Positions 29,314 to 39,402 of a DNA stretch of 64,000 nucleotides are shown piece after piece. The translations under genes and the position numbers were made by a program. The notes under the pieces were generated by a model. The model saw nothing but the letters and a program-made list of their open reading frames with translations, had not been told where the DNA came from and searched no databases. The DNA lies in sequence record OP123707.1; one strand, 5' to 3'. Numbering within the stretch: position 1 is the first letter of the stretch; the number at the start of each line of letters is the position of its first letter.

Positions 29314-29721
29314 GTGATTTACAACATCGGTCAAGAAGATCTGATCAGCTTCCGTGTGGTCGAGTCGGGTTTGATGAACAGTGGGTTTGAAGGAGTAACA
29401 CACCAAGGTACGGTGGGACACGCCGTTGCCATTATGGTATCTCCGGACATCAACACCAAACACCAAAACCTGCGCGCTTACTTTAAAACCACTTACCCGG
29501 ATGCGATCAGTCCTTCTGACTATCAATACATCTTGGTTCGTCATCCGAATGGCGTGGTGGAAGCTATCGGTGAAACATGGATTGTGAAGAACTCACTGAA
29601 AATCGTGAACACTCAATCTAAAATCATCACTATCTCTAACTGGTCCCAGTGGTTCGAAGATCCTATCAAAGATCTTTTGGAATCGTTAGGTGCCAACTAC
29701 ACGGTTAAAGATAAAGAGTAA
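29314..29721 (+). CDS. Hypothetical protein, probably conserved in phiKZ-like phages
   Basis: SD AGGAG before GTG; followed by a terminator hairpin. Confidence 0.6.
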   Translation: MIYNIGQEDLISFRVVESGLMNSGFEGVTHQGTVGHAVAIMVSPDINTKHQNLRAYFKTTYPDAISPSDYQYILVRHPNGVVEAIGETWIVKNSLKIVNTQSKIITISNWSQWFEDPIKDLLESLGANYTVKDKE

Positions 29722-29788
29722 TCCAATCTCACCCTACCCGTAATGGGTAGGGTGATCTTCACATTCTTAATTTTTTTTGGAGTTTTTT

Positions 29789-30229
29789 ATGATCGAATGT
29801 AACCCAGCTGAAGAATTAGCTTTTAACTTGGAACGCCGCGACGAGTGGCAACGCTCTTATCCTTTGTTAGACATGAAAGCCTACCAAGGTCCTTTCGTTC
29901 ATTTAGACCTAAGTCAAACTTGGTTCTGTCCACGTTGTTGTGATCTGAGTAAGCCCCTTCAACTCAATGCAACTAAGACCGCCTTGTATTGTACTGAATC
30001 GGATCAGGTCTGTGAGTACTCTTATGCTAACTTCGAAGAACGCAAACGCCGCGGGACTTTCCTCAGTCATAAATACAGTCTTCCTTTGACCTTAGAACAG
30101 GGACGTGACTTTATGTTGAACAGAGTGAACCGAGAAATCGAAAACATGCAACGTCAACGTGAATCCCTCGATACTCGTATTGAAGAAAAGCAAGACTATA
30201 TTATAAAGCTGAAACGTTCTTGGGAGTAA
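29789..30229 (+). CDS. Hypothetical protein with a Cys cluster (possible Zn ribbon) and C-terminal coiled coil
   Basis: CPRCC...YC...VC motif; SD GGAG. Confidence 0.6.
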   Translation: MIECNPAEELAFNLERRDEWQRSYPLLDMKAYQGPFVHLDLSQTWFCPRCCDLSKPLQLNATKTALYCTESDQVCEYSYANFEERKRRGTFLSHKYSLPLTLEQGRDFMLNRVNREIENMQRQRESLDTRIEEKQDYIIKLKRSWE

Positions 30230-30289
30230 TCCATAACTCCGGGGAGAATGATTTAGCATAAATCAAATTTTTAACCTTGGAGTGATATA

Positions 30290-32362
30290 ATGATTCAACC
30301 AATGTTGTCTCCGTTTGTCGACCCTGATTATCATTCTGATAGAAACATCGTCAAGCATTATCATAATCAGATGGTGACTTACTTGCAAAAGCGTTTCGGC
30401 GTTACCGAGAAACAAGCTACTCAGGTCGTTAAGAAAAACTTCCGCCCTAATAAAGGTGAATACCAAGACCGTAAATTCAAAGTCTTAGAGAAAAACAAAT
30501 ACGGCGACCGTGAACTTAAAGTCATCACAGCAACACAATTCTTCAATACGGTGCATTCTAACAACTACCACTTGAGTCCATCACTCGTGGGTTATAAGAA
30601 CTCGGAAGAAGAACAATCCGTAAACTCCATCGGGACGGAACGATTCCTAAAACTCCGTAAGCTTTACAAAGGGAAACGTCAAGAAGCAAAAGGTACGGGT
30701 GATAAGTGGGCAGAGAAAACCTTTGACGTAATTCAGAACGCTTTGAAGATTTTCAACAACGCCCAGTCCGGTGCAATGTCGTCCAACGGCACACCTATTG
30801 TAAACAAGTCTGGTCACACGACGTTGACTTCGACCTGTCGCGGTCTGACGTCCACCGCGAACATCTGTAACGAGAAGTTCCTAGCGGGTAACCGACTCTA
30901 TAACACATTTGAGAACACACTCCAGAACATCATAGCGACCGTTCAATATACCGACTTGGACCGCATGCAAGATGTGATGGACAAACTCGAGATGAAACAC
31001 GCCACGGTAGATCAAGTGATGAACATGATTCGTCACTCTACTGGTCGTTACTGGCGTAATGCAGCACGTATGAAGACCATTGAGGAAATGATCAATGTCT
31101 TCAAGCCAGTTGAGTTAACCGCCTTGTTGTGTGTGCTTGACTTGGAAGGCTTGCGCGTTACGAACAAAAACGTGTTGTATCAATTCTTGGATGACTTCTC
31201 GAAAGTCCCAGAAGTCCCAGAGGGAGCCAAAGAAGAAGATTACCCTGCACCGGATACGGGTGACCGTTATACGTTGTGTGTGTCTAAGATTGTTGGTAAA
31301 CCGAGCAAGGTCCAAATCAACCATCTGAACGCGTGGCATTTAGAATGTGAGATGAAATGGAAAGACTTCATCGAAGTATTCTTGAAACAAGAAATTCCAC
31401 CATCAGGTGTTTACAACATCAAAGACATGATTCGCGAAGTAGTATTGACGTCGGACACCGACTCATCAATCTACACCGTGGATACCGTAGTGGACCAATA
31501 CACCAAAGACCGTGCGACTTCACTTCGTGCTAACGGGGTATTGACTTACTTCATTCGTATGATTGCGGTTCACCAACACGCACAGTTCTCTGAGAACATG
31601 AACGTAGCAAAACGTTTCCGTTACCGTCTCAACATGAAGAACGAATATCTATTCGGGGCTTATGTAACCACCACGATGTCTAAACACTACTACGCGACTC
31701 AGCTCATGGTAGAGGGTGTGATGAACAAAGAAGTGGAAATGGAAATCAAAGGAGTGCACTTGCGCTCAGCGAAAATTGCGGCCCAAATCAAATCCTTTGC
31801 TCACTCATTGATGCGGGAAGTGTTGGATGCCATCCATGAACACCGTCAGTTAGATGCCGCGGATATCTTGTTCCGTGCGGCTGAACTAGAGCGAGAAATC
31901 ATTGGTGACTTGGAAGCGGGTAAATGGATGTGGTTGACGAAGTCGACGATTAAAGATGGGGAAATGTACGCTAAGCCAGAATCTTCTGTTTTCCAATACC
32001 ACGTTTTGTGGGAACGCATCTTTTCTAAGAAATATGGACACGCTCCAGAATTGCCGTACACCGCAATCAAAGTAAACGCAAAAACATTGAACCGAGCTTC
32101 GATCGCGGAATGGTTAGAAGGATTAGAAGGGGATGTGAAAAAAGGTGCGGAATCGCATTTATCAGACTCCACGAAACTGACCACTATCTATGTACCAGAA
32201 GAATGTTTGGGTGCAGAAGGGATCCCTAAAGAAATCATTCAGGCGGCAGACATTCGTTCTATCATCAAACAGAACTTAAAATGTGTGTATGCGGTATTGG
32301 AGTCTCTAGGTCTCTTTATTGTGAATGAGAAAATCACTCGCATCATCAGCGATGAACATTAA
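30290..32362 (+). CDS. Family B DNA polymerase, polymerase-domain half (phiKZ gp50-like)
   Basis: Motif B KIFNNAQSG, motif C TSDTDS, then KHYY and EIKGV. No motif A or exonuclease motifs seen. Confidence 0.85.
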   Translation: MIQPMLSPFVDPDYHSDRNIVKHYHNQMVTYLQKRFGVTEKQATQVVKKNFRPNKGEYQDRKFKVLEKNKYGDRELKVITATQFFNTVHSNNYHLSPSLVGYKNSEEEQSVNSIGTERFLKLRKLYKGKRQEAKGTGDKWAEKTFDVIQNALKIFNNAQSGAMSSNGTPIVNKSGHTTLTSTCRGLTSTANICNEKFLAGNRLYNTFENTLQNIIATVQYTDLDRMQDVMDKLEMKHATVDQVMNMIRHSTGRYWRNAARMKTIEEMINVFKPVELTALLCVLDLEGLRVTNKNVLYQFLDDFSKVPEVPEGAKEEDYPAPDTGDRYTLCVSKIVGKPSKVQINHLNAWHLECEMKWKDFIEVFLKQEIPPSGVYNIKDMIREVVLTSDTDSSIYTVDTVVDQYTKDRATSLRANGVLTYFIRMIAVHQHAQFSENMNVAKRFRYRLNMKNEYLFGAYVTTTMSKHYYATQLMVEGVMNKEVEMEIKGVHLRSAKIAAQIKSFAHSLMREVLDAIHEHRQLDAADILFRAAELEREIIGDLEAGKWMWLTKSTIKDGEMYAKPESSVFQYHVLWERIFSKKYGHAPELPYTAIKVNAKTLNRASIAEWLEGLEGDVKKGAESHLSDSTKLTTIYVPEECLGAEGIPKEIIQAADIRSIIKQNLKCVYAVLESLGLFIVNEKITRIISDEH

Positions 32363-32397
32363 TAATTCCGTAGGGTCGCAAGACCCTACGGAACCTC

Positions 32398-33504
32398 TTA
32401 TGCTTCAATGATTTTTTGTAGCTCTAAACGGAGCTTTTCATAACGATTCGCAACACTGACATTGCGGATGTTGTTGGTCGTTAATTTCACATCCTGCATC
32501 AGCCAGCGTTTCACGTTGCTTTCCAATGTCCCGTTCTTGGTCTTAGTTGAGCGTGTGCAATGGAAATACAAAGTGAGTGTTCGCATGTAGCTGAAGTTCC
32601 ACACCCAACGAGAACGAAGGTAAAGGGCGTAGCGTCCTGGGTTTTTCCACAATGCTGGATTGTCTTCCAGGTTTGGTAGTCCATCCATAACAATCATGCA
32701 GCCCAGTAGGTGCTCTAGGTTCCGCATTGGGTTACGCTGAATTAAACGATAGAGATCTTTAACGTGTTTCTTAAATAAAGACTCCATCGGGTTAATAACA
32801 TAAGTGGTGCGAGGAACCGACACCAAGTCCTCAGGATTAGCCCCGGTCACGAACCCTTTATAAAGAGCGTTAGTGACCACCAAGCGATTACCTAGGATTT
32901 GAGCGTTCATCATCGGGTACCCTAACCAGCGTTCCGGTTTAGGGTCGAAGTCATAGACACGAGCGTCCTGTAAGTAACGCCAGTAAGCCACAGCCAAACA
33001 CATTAAGTCCACACCAATGACAGCAAGTTTGGTCGCCTTAGGGTGTAGCGGTTTGTCTTTCGCTGGTCTAAAATCTAACTGGGTGGATTCACTATAGACG
33101 GGAATAAATGGACACAGATGTTTATCATCCATAGTGAGGTATTCATTAAAATCGTACTGCGGTGGCAAAGATATTAGAAGCTCAGAGAAGTCTTCTTTAT
33201 ATAAGACGCCTCGTTTGAGTCGACCTTGGTTATAGACACCAACTAAGTCGGCGTTGCTTGCCCATCGCTCGGTTTTGAACTGAATGGTTTCAAACAACTC
33301 TTCAGTTGTCCAATTAGGATCGATCTGCATAAACTCCACCAGCTGCACTAATGGGTGTTCATGAGGATAATAGTACGACGTGTTCAAGACACGCTGTTCG
33401 AATTGTTCTTGGTTGAACTTACCTATACGTATTAAGTTAGTCACGTTACTGTAACTATACGACGCATTGGCTATGGAGCTCAACCCGGTGAATAAGGTTT
33501 GCAT
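32398..33504 (-). CDS. Conserved phiKZ-like protein (probable virion protein) divergent from chimallin
   Basis: 368 aa ORF at the conserved position between the polymerase and chimallin genes. Confidence 0.5.
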   Translation of the reverse strand: MQTLFTGLSSIANASYSYSNVTNLIRIGKFNQEQFEQRVLNTSYYYPHEHPLVQLVEFMQIDPNWTTEELFETIQFKTERWASNADLVGVYNQGRLKRGVLYKEDFSELLISLPPQYDFNEYLTMDDKHLCPFIPVYSESTQLDFRPAKDKPLHPKATKLAVIGVDLMCLAVAYWRYLQDARVYDFDPKPERWLGYPMMNAQILGNRLVVTNALYKGFVTGANPEDLVSVPRTTYVINPMESLFKKHVKDLYRLIQRNPMRNLEHLLGCMIVMDGLPNLEDNPALWKNPGRYALYLRSRWVWNFSYMRTLTLYFHCTRSTKTKNGTLESNVKRWLMQDVKLTTNNIRNVSVANRYEKLRLELQKIIEA

Positions 33505-33624
33505 AAACTGACTGCCTATTATATGTAAGATAAATCTTTCTCCGACCGCAAGGTTGGAGTGATAAGGACTGGTATTTGATTATTTAAGACATAAAATCGT
33601 TCCTAAAAGAACGGTGCTAAAATA

Positions 33625-33649
33625 TTTCAGTCCTATATAACTTAGGTGT
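33625..33649 (+). promoter_or_regulatory. Phage early-promoter-like motif, copy 2 (upstream of chimallin)
   Basis: TTTCAGTCCTATATAACTTAGGTGT. Confidence 0.65.
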
Positions 33650-33732
33650 TAAGCAATGAAGATTATCTTATATCTCTGTGTTTAATAACGTTATTAAATA
33701 TTGAAAATTGAAACTCGTAGTAAGGATCGACT

Positions 33733-35865
33733 ATGATCTCAGGCAAAAACGACTGGGAGAAAGTAATCGGTAATAATGAATCGAAAGATTCACAAGAGAA
33801 CAATACTAGTCGTTCTCAAGAAACTCCGATTCCTGAAACTCCTGTTCAAACTCAACCAATTTTAAATCAACCAACCACTACTCAAACTGCACAACAAGGA
33901 GCAGCTAAAATGTCTCAAGCAAACAAAAACCAATCTCTACTAGACTTCGCTTCAGTTCTAGGTATGAACTCAATGATGTCTGGCGGTCGCTCAGTTCCTG
34001 TTGTGAACGAAGTAATCAAAGCACTGAACGACTTCAAAGAAGAGAAAGGTAAATCATCTCTTGCACCTGCACTGCAAGCTATCATTCCTCAAGACATCAT
34101 CTCGATGGATGCTAACTTGTCTCCAGTGCTACCGGGTATCATCCTAGCTCGCCGTGTTGGTTCTTCAATGATCATCGCTCCTATCATGTTCTCTAACCGT
34201 GAACTAGCGATCCAACTTGAAGAGATTCACACTAACGGTGTAATGGGTCAAAACACCCCTAACAAAGTGCAAATCAAACAAGCACCTAACCGTTACATGA
34301 ATGGTGAAGTTGTTCGTAACATCATCGACTCTATGAAACTGCGTCACGCAGCAGATGGCATCAACGATGTTCAACTAATCACTTCTCGCGTAATCGACCT
34401 GGAAAACTACCAAACGCCAGAAAACAAAGAAGCGGGTCTACCTCAGCTACTTACTGGTGTTATCCTTGACGAATGGGAACGTGGTATGAAAACCACACTA
34501 GCGAAAACTATGGTGAAAGCCCAAGTTGAGCTTAAAACTCCATTCATCGACTCTAAAGGTCAAATCGACAAAAACGCTTACGGTCCAACGAAGTGTGCAA
34601 CAGCACGTATCGAGTCTGTGAAAGCGCAAGCGGGTGGCGTACTGTCTATCGATGGTGTTCCTTGTGGTGCGAACATGACTGTTCAACTACAAACAGCACC
34701 TAAAGAAGGTCAGCACGTAAACAACGATGCGGCTCGTGGTATTGTAACTACTTACTCTACTGTACAGCTAATCGGCGTTCCATTCGCAGTGTACACAGCA
34801 GAACTTGCACGTCGTCCACAACAGGTCTTTAACCCAATGCTGCACGCAGCTGGTGATGCATACCCTCACGGTTACCACCCACTACAAGCAGTAGTTGTAA
34901 TGAACACTTCACGTGCTCAAGCGCAAATGGGTAACAACTCTGGTATCGCATCATGGTTGATGGGTCTGTACGCGAACATGACTGTGAACCACAACCACCT
35001 ATTCACTGAGCCTCTACGCATGGCGAACATCGGTGCGCGTGGTAACTTGTCTCACATCGAGCGTCGTATCGATGACATGATCATGGGTGCTTTACCTAAG
35101 CGTGATGACAAGACTAAGATCACAGAAGCGCGTCTGAAAGACATGGACTTCACTTCTAGCTGGATTCGTCGTAACATCGCACCACACGCGTCTTACGCAA
35201 TCGACCTAACTGAGTTTGGTAACGAAGCAGCACTACACAACTTCCTACTGAACCTTGCAGGTAAAACAGCAAGCAGCGCAGAGAACAAGCACACTATCAT
35301 CAAGTACTTGGACTCTATCACTGACGGTGAAGCGACTAAGCGTATCACGGAGAACCGTGCAGCTGGTAAAGGCTGGACTCAAGACAAACCAATCTTGTGC
35401 CCATCTTCTATCATCCTGCCAGTTGGTACATTCAAGCACAATGGCGTATTGCACTCACTAGAAGAAGTGGATGAAATCTTCCTAAGCCGTCTGTGCCCAA
35501 CTGACTCTACACCAATGATTCAGTACCTAGGTGCTATCTACGGTGACAACGGTCAAACTCCAGAAGCAGTACGTCGTTACAAGATGACTACTATGCTGGC
35601 GACATTGATCAACGATGATGTGAACATCACTGGTATTGCACGTCGTCACTACGTGTCTCCAGAGTTCGCGGAATTCCTTGGCCTATGTCTAGACAAACTA
35701 GGTAGCCTAAACGCATCTGGTACTATGGGTACATTTACTTCGAACGTAGCTATCTACGCTCCATCTGTCGAGTTCGCTGTACAAGCGGCAGCAGGTGCAT
35801 CTGGTGCATACATGTCTACACATGGTGCTCTAGTGGGTAACCCATCTGGTATCACTTACGCATAA
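33733..35865 (+). CDS. chmA: Chimallin, major phage nuclear shell protein (phiKZ gp54-like)
   Basis: Size (651-710 aa), position immediately before the nvRNAP beta' gene, extreme high-expression codon bias, its own promoter and terminator. Confidence 0.8.
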   Translation: MISGKNDWEKVIGNNESKDSQENNTSRSQETPIPETPVQTQPILNQPTTTQTAQQGAAKMSQANKNQSLLDFASVLGMNSMMSGGRSVPVVNEVIKALNDFKEEKGKSSLAPALQAIIPQDIISMDANLSPVLPGIILARRVGSSMIIAPIMFSNRELAIQLEEIHTNGVMGQNTPNKVQIKQAPNRYMNGEVVRNIIDSMKLRHAADGINDVQLITSRVIDLENYQTPENKEAGLPQLLTGVILDEWERGMKTTLAKTMVKAQVELKTPFIDSKGQIDKNAYGPTKCATARIESVKAQAGGVLSIDGVPCGANMTVQLQTAPKEGQHVNNDAARGIVTTYSTVQLIGVPFAVYTAELARRPQQVFNPMLHAAGDAYPHGYHPLQAVVVMNTSRAQAQMGNNSGIASWLMGLYANMTVNHNHLFTEPLRMANIGARGNLSHIERRIDDMIMGALPKRDDKTKITEARLKDMDFTSSWIRRNIAPHASYAIDLTEFGNEAALHNFLLNLAGKTASSAENKHTIIKYLDSITDGEATKRITENRAAGKGWTQDKPILCPSSIILPVGTFKHNGVLHSLEEVDEIFLSRLCPTDSTPMIQYLGAIYGDNGQTPEAVRRYKMTTMLATLINDDVNITGIARRHYVSPEFAEFLGLCLDKLGSLNASGTMGTFTSNVAIYAPSVEFAVQAAAGASGAYMSTHGALVGNPSGITYA

Positions 35866-35961
35866 GCAACTTAGGTTGTTGAGTTCTAAGGGTGGGGGAC
35901 GAAAGTCCCTCACTCCTTTTTATCGTTTTATAATTTTTTGTCATTAAAAGGAGAACCTGTA

Positions 35962-37563
35962 ATGTCAACGGACCTTACCGATGTTGCAGTAAACGTATTA
36001 GCTAAAGAGTCATTTGACGACCTATTACCCATCAAGCAGTTTGAACGTTATCAGCAGCAGTTAGGGTATAAGCTCTCGGATGATGAACGTTATTACGCTC
36101 CTCTCTATCCCGCCTTTCGTGACATTAACTTTGCTCACGATACGTCAAAGTCTCAACCTATCTATTTGAACGACTTTGATTTCTGTTTAGAGGAAGATCG
36201 GGAACGATTAGAGAAACTCATTCGTATGGACTTCGACACGGATACTTTTGAAACAACCGCATCGTGTGGCTGTGATAAACCGTTGAAGGGTAACCATCTG
36301 ATTGGGTCTGGTCGTGTGTGCAAGAACTGTGGTAACCAAGTAGAACGACTGGTCGATACCGAATTAACCACTAAGGTATGGCTGCGTCTTCCTACGGGCG
36401 TCCACTCATTTATAAACCCAGCGTTCTATCGAACGTTTTTACAAAACATCGCAACTGCATCTCCTAAGATCGAGATCATTACGTACATCATTGATCCGTC
36501 TTACCGACGTAAGATCAACTCCCAGAGTTCTGAGAAGCTTCGAGATTTGCAACATCATCTTAAACTGCTTCTGAACAAACTGGACCTTAATGAATTCGTT
36601 GTGCACGCCGATGCGATCATGGACCACTTCTTATTAGGAGAAGGTCGTAAGATCACAGCGTTAAAGAACAGCGATGCCAAAGAGATCCTAATGGGATACA
36701 TGGACTTCAAGGATGTGGTCTTCACTGACTACTTACCTGTCCCGAACAAGTTGTCCACGGTTATCGAGAAATCGGGTAAAGAACGTTACGCCTCTTCCAG
36801 TCAGCTTAAGATGGATTCAACTTACATGTCCATCGCCGACACGAAAGACAACACGGACCTTTATCAGGTGAATGAGTTTGACATCCATGAGTCAGTAAAT
36901 CGTGTGGGTAAAGGCATCGTTGCCCTAGCTCAACAAAACGCTCAACAGATGAAAGACTTTCTGTTTCCTAAACCGGGAGCAGCTCGTAAATTGGTGGCCT
37001 CGGGTTCATTGCCATTAACAGGTCGTTCGGTCATCACCTCTAAGACCGGCATCCATAACCCAGGTATGATTGAAGTGCCTTGGATTATGGCACTGGCACA
37101 ATTAGAGAAACACATCTTATCTCATTTATATCGTAAGGGATTCAGCCCTACTGCTGCGTTAGAGAAAATCTCTCGAGCTGCACATTATCTGGACCCCGAC
37201 ATCGATGCGTTCTTCCATTATCATGAAGAACGAAATGACATCGTGTGTAAATCAGGTCGTATGCCATCGATCCAGTATCTCTCTCGTCGGACGTTCTTTG
37301 CCCGCATTAAAAGAGATCTGGGTGACCAATCTATAGGTCTCCCAATACTGTCTGTGTCAAATTTTAACGCGGACTTCGATGGAGACCAGATGGTGCTATT
37401 CTTCCTGCCAGACTTAAGATCAAAGGCAGCAAGCTATGGTGCATTCGGACATCAATCGGTATTTGATGAAAACAAACCGTTCGCAATCAGTCGACACTAT
37501 AAACAGCCGTCGACGAACTTGATGAACATCAACAACGTGATGCGTAAACTGGAGTTCAAGTAA
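35962..37563 (+). CDS. Non-virion RNA polymerase beta' N/M subunit (phiKZ gp55-56.1-like)
   Basis: Zn motif CGC...CKNC and catalytic NADFDGD. SD AAGGAG before ATG 35962. Confidence 0.9.
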   Translation: MSTDLTDVAVNVLAKESFDDLLPIKQFERYQQQLGYKLSDDERYYAPLYPAFRDINFAHDTSKSQPIYLNDFDFCLEEDRERLEKLIRMDFDTDTFETTASCGCDKPLKGNHLIGSGRVCKNCGNQVERLVDTELTTKVWLRLPTGVHSFINPAFYRTFLQNIATASPKIEIITYIIDPSYRRKINSQSSEKLRDLQHHLKLLLNKLDLNEFVVHADAIMDHFLLGEGRKITALKNSDAKEILMGYMDFKDVVFTDYLPVPNKLSTVIEKSGKERYASSSQLKMDSTYMSIADTKDNTDLYQVNEFDIHESVNRVGKGIVALAQQNAQQMKDFLFPKPGAARKLVASGSLPLTGRSVITSKTGIHNPGMIEVPWIMALAQLEKHILSHLYRKGFSPTAALEKISRAAHYLDPDIDAFFHYHEERNDIVCKSGRMPSIQYLSRRTFFARIKRDLGDQSIGLPILSVSNFNADFDGDQMVLFFLPDLRSKAASYGAFGHQSVFDENKPFAISRHYKQPSTNLMNINNVMRKLEFK

Positions 37564-38213
37564 TGAATATTTGTCGAGCATTCTCCATGGGTACTGCCGG
37601 AGTAGTACACGACAATCAAATGCAGTCTTATGCGAACATGATTCAGATGAACTATAACCAAATCCAAGGTGTAGGAGGTTGGTTAGGTGAAGGGGCGTCT
37701 GACTTCATGAGTTCTTTTAACAACTTTGTGAGCTCTCGTGCTTGGGATTTGGCAAGCCGTATTCGTGGGCAGCAAGAAGGGTACATTGGGTATTACGACA
37801 TTGGTCGTGTAACGAGCATGGATGGGTTGCAAGCTTCCCAAGGTTTCATGCGAGATTACATCATGGCGATGCCGGGCGTAATGGACCTTTACGAAAGCGG
37901 TGAGTTCAGCGGTTGGGATGGTAGCTTTAGTGATTGGTGTGCGGGAACAGGTGAAGACAACATCTATTACCGTCGTCAAATGCATGGCGTACTCCAACTC
38001 GAACAAGTCGAAGAGAAAAACGTAGCGCGAACTAAACACTACTATGACTCCGTAGCGGGTTCAGGTTTGAGTGTGCGTGAACGTTACGATTTAGCAATCA
38101 CACGTCAAGCGGTCGACCACCACATGGCAGAGAGCATGTTCGACTTTACCAGCATGGAAGGTAACTTGCGCAAGTCGGCACAAGAAGAACAGGATAAGAA
38201 CCAAGGGGAGTAA
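37563..38213 (+). CDS. Conserved hypothetical protein
   Basis: TAATG overlap with the RNAP gene, 216 aa. Confidence 0.65.
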   Translation: MNICRAFSMGTAGVVHDNQMQSYANMIQMNYNQIQGVGGWLGEGASDFMSSFNNFVSSRAWDLASRIRGQQEGYIGYYDIGRVTSMDGLQASQGFMRDYIMAMPGVMDLYESGEFSGWDGSFSDWCAGTGEDNIYYRRQMHGVLQLEQVEEKNVARTKHYYDSVAGSGLSVRERYDLAITRQAVDHHMAESMFDFTSMEGNLRKSAQEEQDKNQGE

Positions 38214-38238
38214 CCTCCCCTTTTCTTATGAGGAACTT

Positions 38239-38709
38239 ATGAAACATCTGAGCATAAAAACCAAACGTCGTGTTACGGTCTTTCGTAAAGAAGACTTAAC
38301 CCTAGGAGTAATCAAACTACTTCGTTCATTAAAGAAGCGCCCTGAAAAGAAGCGTTTCTTATTGGTGGAATACGGTCGTCCGATTAACGATCATGTGACA
38401 CCCAAATACGCTGTACTGAAATTGCAAGATTTCATTTACGATAAAGACGGTCACCTTACAGCGCTCGTTACCGCAGCCGACAGTCACAACCCAACCGTAA
38501 GTTTAGGAGAAGGAAAGGTCAGTCTGGGTCAACTGTTATTAACCTCGGAGAAACCGACTTTCCGATTCGTAAGTGAAATGATCAAGCGCCCAGTACGAAA
38601 GGACGGCGATATAGTCAGAGATGAAAAAGGACGTCAACAGTTCTTTAAGAATTGTTTGATCTATGTCGAGTGTGATCAAAAACCAATTTTATCAGTAGGT
38701 CAGAATTGA
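38239..38709 (+). CDS. Hypothetical basic protein
   Basis: SD GAGGA, 156 aa. Confidence 0.6.
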   Translation: MKHLSIKTKRRVTVFRKEDLTLGVIKLLRSLKKRPEKKRFLLVEYGRPINDHVTPKYAVLKLQDFIYDKDGHLTALVTAADSHNPTVSLGEGKVSLGQLLLTSEKPTFRFVSEMIKRPVRKDGDIVRDEKGRQQFFKNCLIYVECDQKPILSVGQN

Positions 38710-38720
38710 CATGGAGATAT

Positions 38721-38745
38721 TTTCAGCTCTATATAACCAAGGTGT
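38721..38745 (+). promoter_or_regulatory. Phage early-promoter-like motif, copy 3
   Basis: TTTCAGCTCTATATAACCAAGGTGT. Confidence 0.65.
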
Positions 38746-38779
38746 AAAGTTAAACACTTAAAATTATTCGGAGCTTCCC

Positions 38780-38917
38780 ATGATCAAAGATTACGTAAAC
38801 ACCAACACTAACAAATTTGCTAACAATGCTAAAGTTTCTTGGTACCGCACCAATGGCGCTATCTGTACTTTAATGGCAGTAAGTTTGTACGTGGCAATTC
38901 AATACGGTAACTGGTAA
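38780..38917 (+). CDS. 45-aa small membrane protein (absent from the ORF track)
   Basis: MIKDYVNTNTNKFANNAKVSWYRTNGAICTLMAVSLYVAIQYGNW. SD GGAG, own promoter motif and terminator hairpin (TCCCCTACC-ttcg-GGTAGGGGA). Confidence 0.65.
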   Translation: MIKDYVNTNTNKFANNAKVSWYRTNGAICTLMAVSLYVAIQYGNW

Positions 38918-38976
38918 TACTGTCCCCTACCTTCGGGTAGGGGATCCCTAACGATCCTTATTTTTTTGGAGTTTTT

Positions 38977-39402
38977 ATGGGTAAAGAGTTTATCGTCGGA
39001 ACGATGTCGACCCTGGGTCAGATTACTGATTCCCCAGAGTTGGCTATGGACCGACATTTGACTTATTGGTTTGCAGCTCGTCGTAGTCAAGGTATGACGA
39101 TCGCACACACAAATTCTTTCGAGTGGGTGTTGATGCAGGCTCAAGGGTCTCAACAACGCGTCGCGGATGACGTTCAATCTAACCTCAAACTTTACTTTGA
39201 GGAATTATTTGAGTCAGTAGAAGTTCAGACCTCTACTGAAGGATTTGAAAATGATCGCGATGGTCGTTTTCATTTGTACATTCAAGTTTCTGTCGTTTAC
39301 AACAATACTCGGTACGATCTCGGCCATGCGGTCACCGTATCAGGTAAAACTTTCCAACTCATCAATCAAGGACGCATAAATGCAAAAGCAAGAAACCAAT
39401 AA
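38977..39402 (+). CDS. Conserved protein, possibly gp25-like baseplate wedge fold
   Basis: 141 aa with a C-terminal beta meander (VEVQT...LYIQVSVVY). The fold call is weak. Confidence 0.4.
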   Translation: MGKEFIVGTMSTLGQITDSPELAMDRHLTYWFAARRSQGMTIAHTNSFEWVLMQAQGSQQRVADDVQSNLKLYFEELFESVEVQTSTEGFENDRDGRFHLYIQVSVVYNNTRYDLGHAVTVSGKTFQLINQGRINAKARNQ

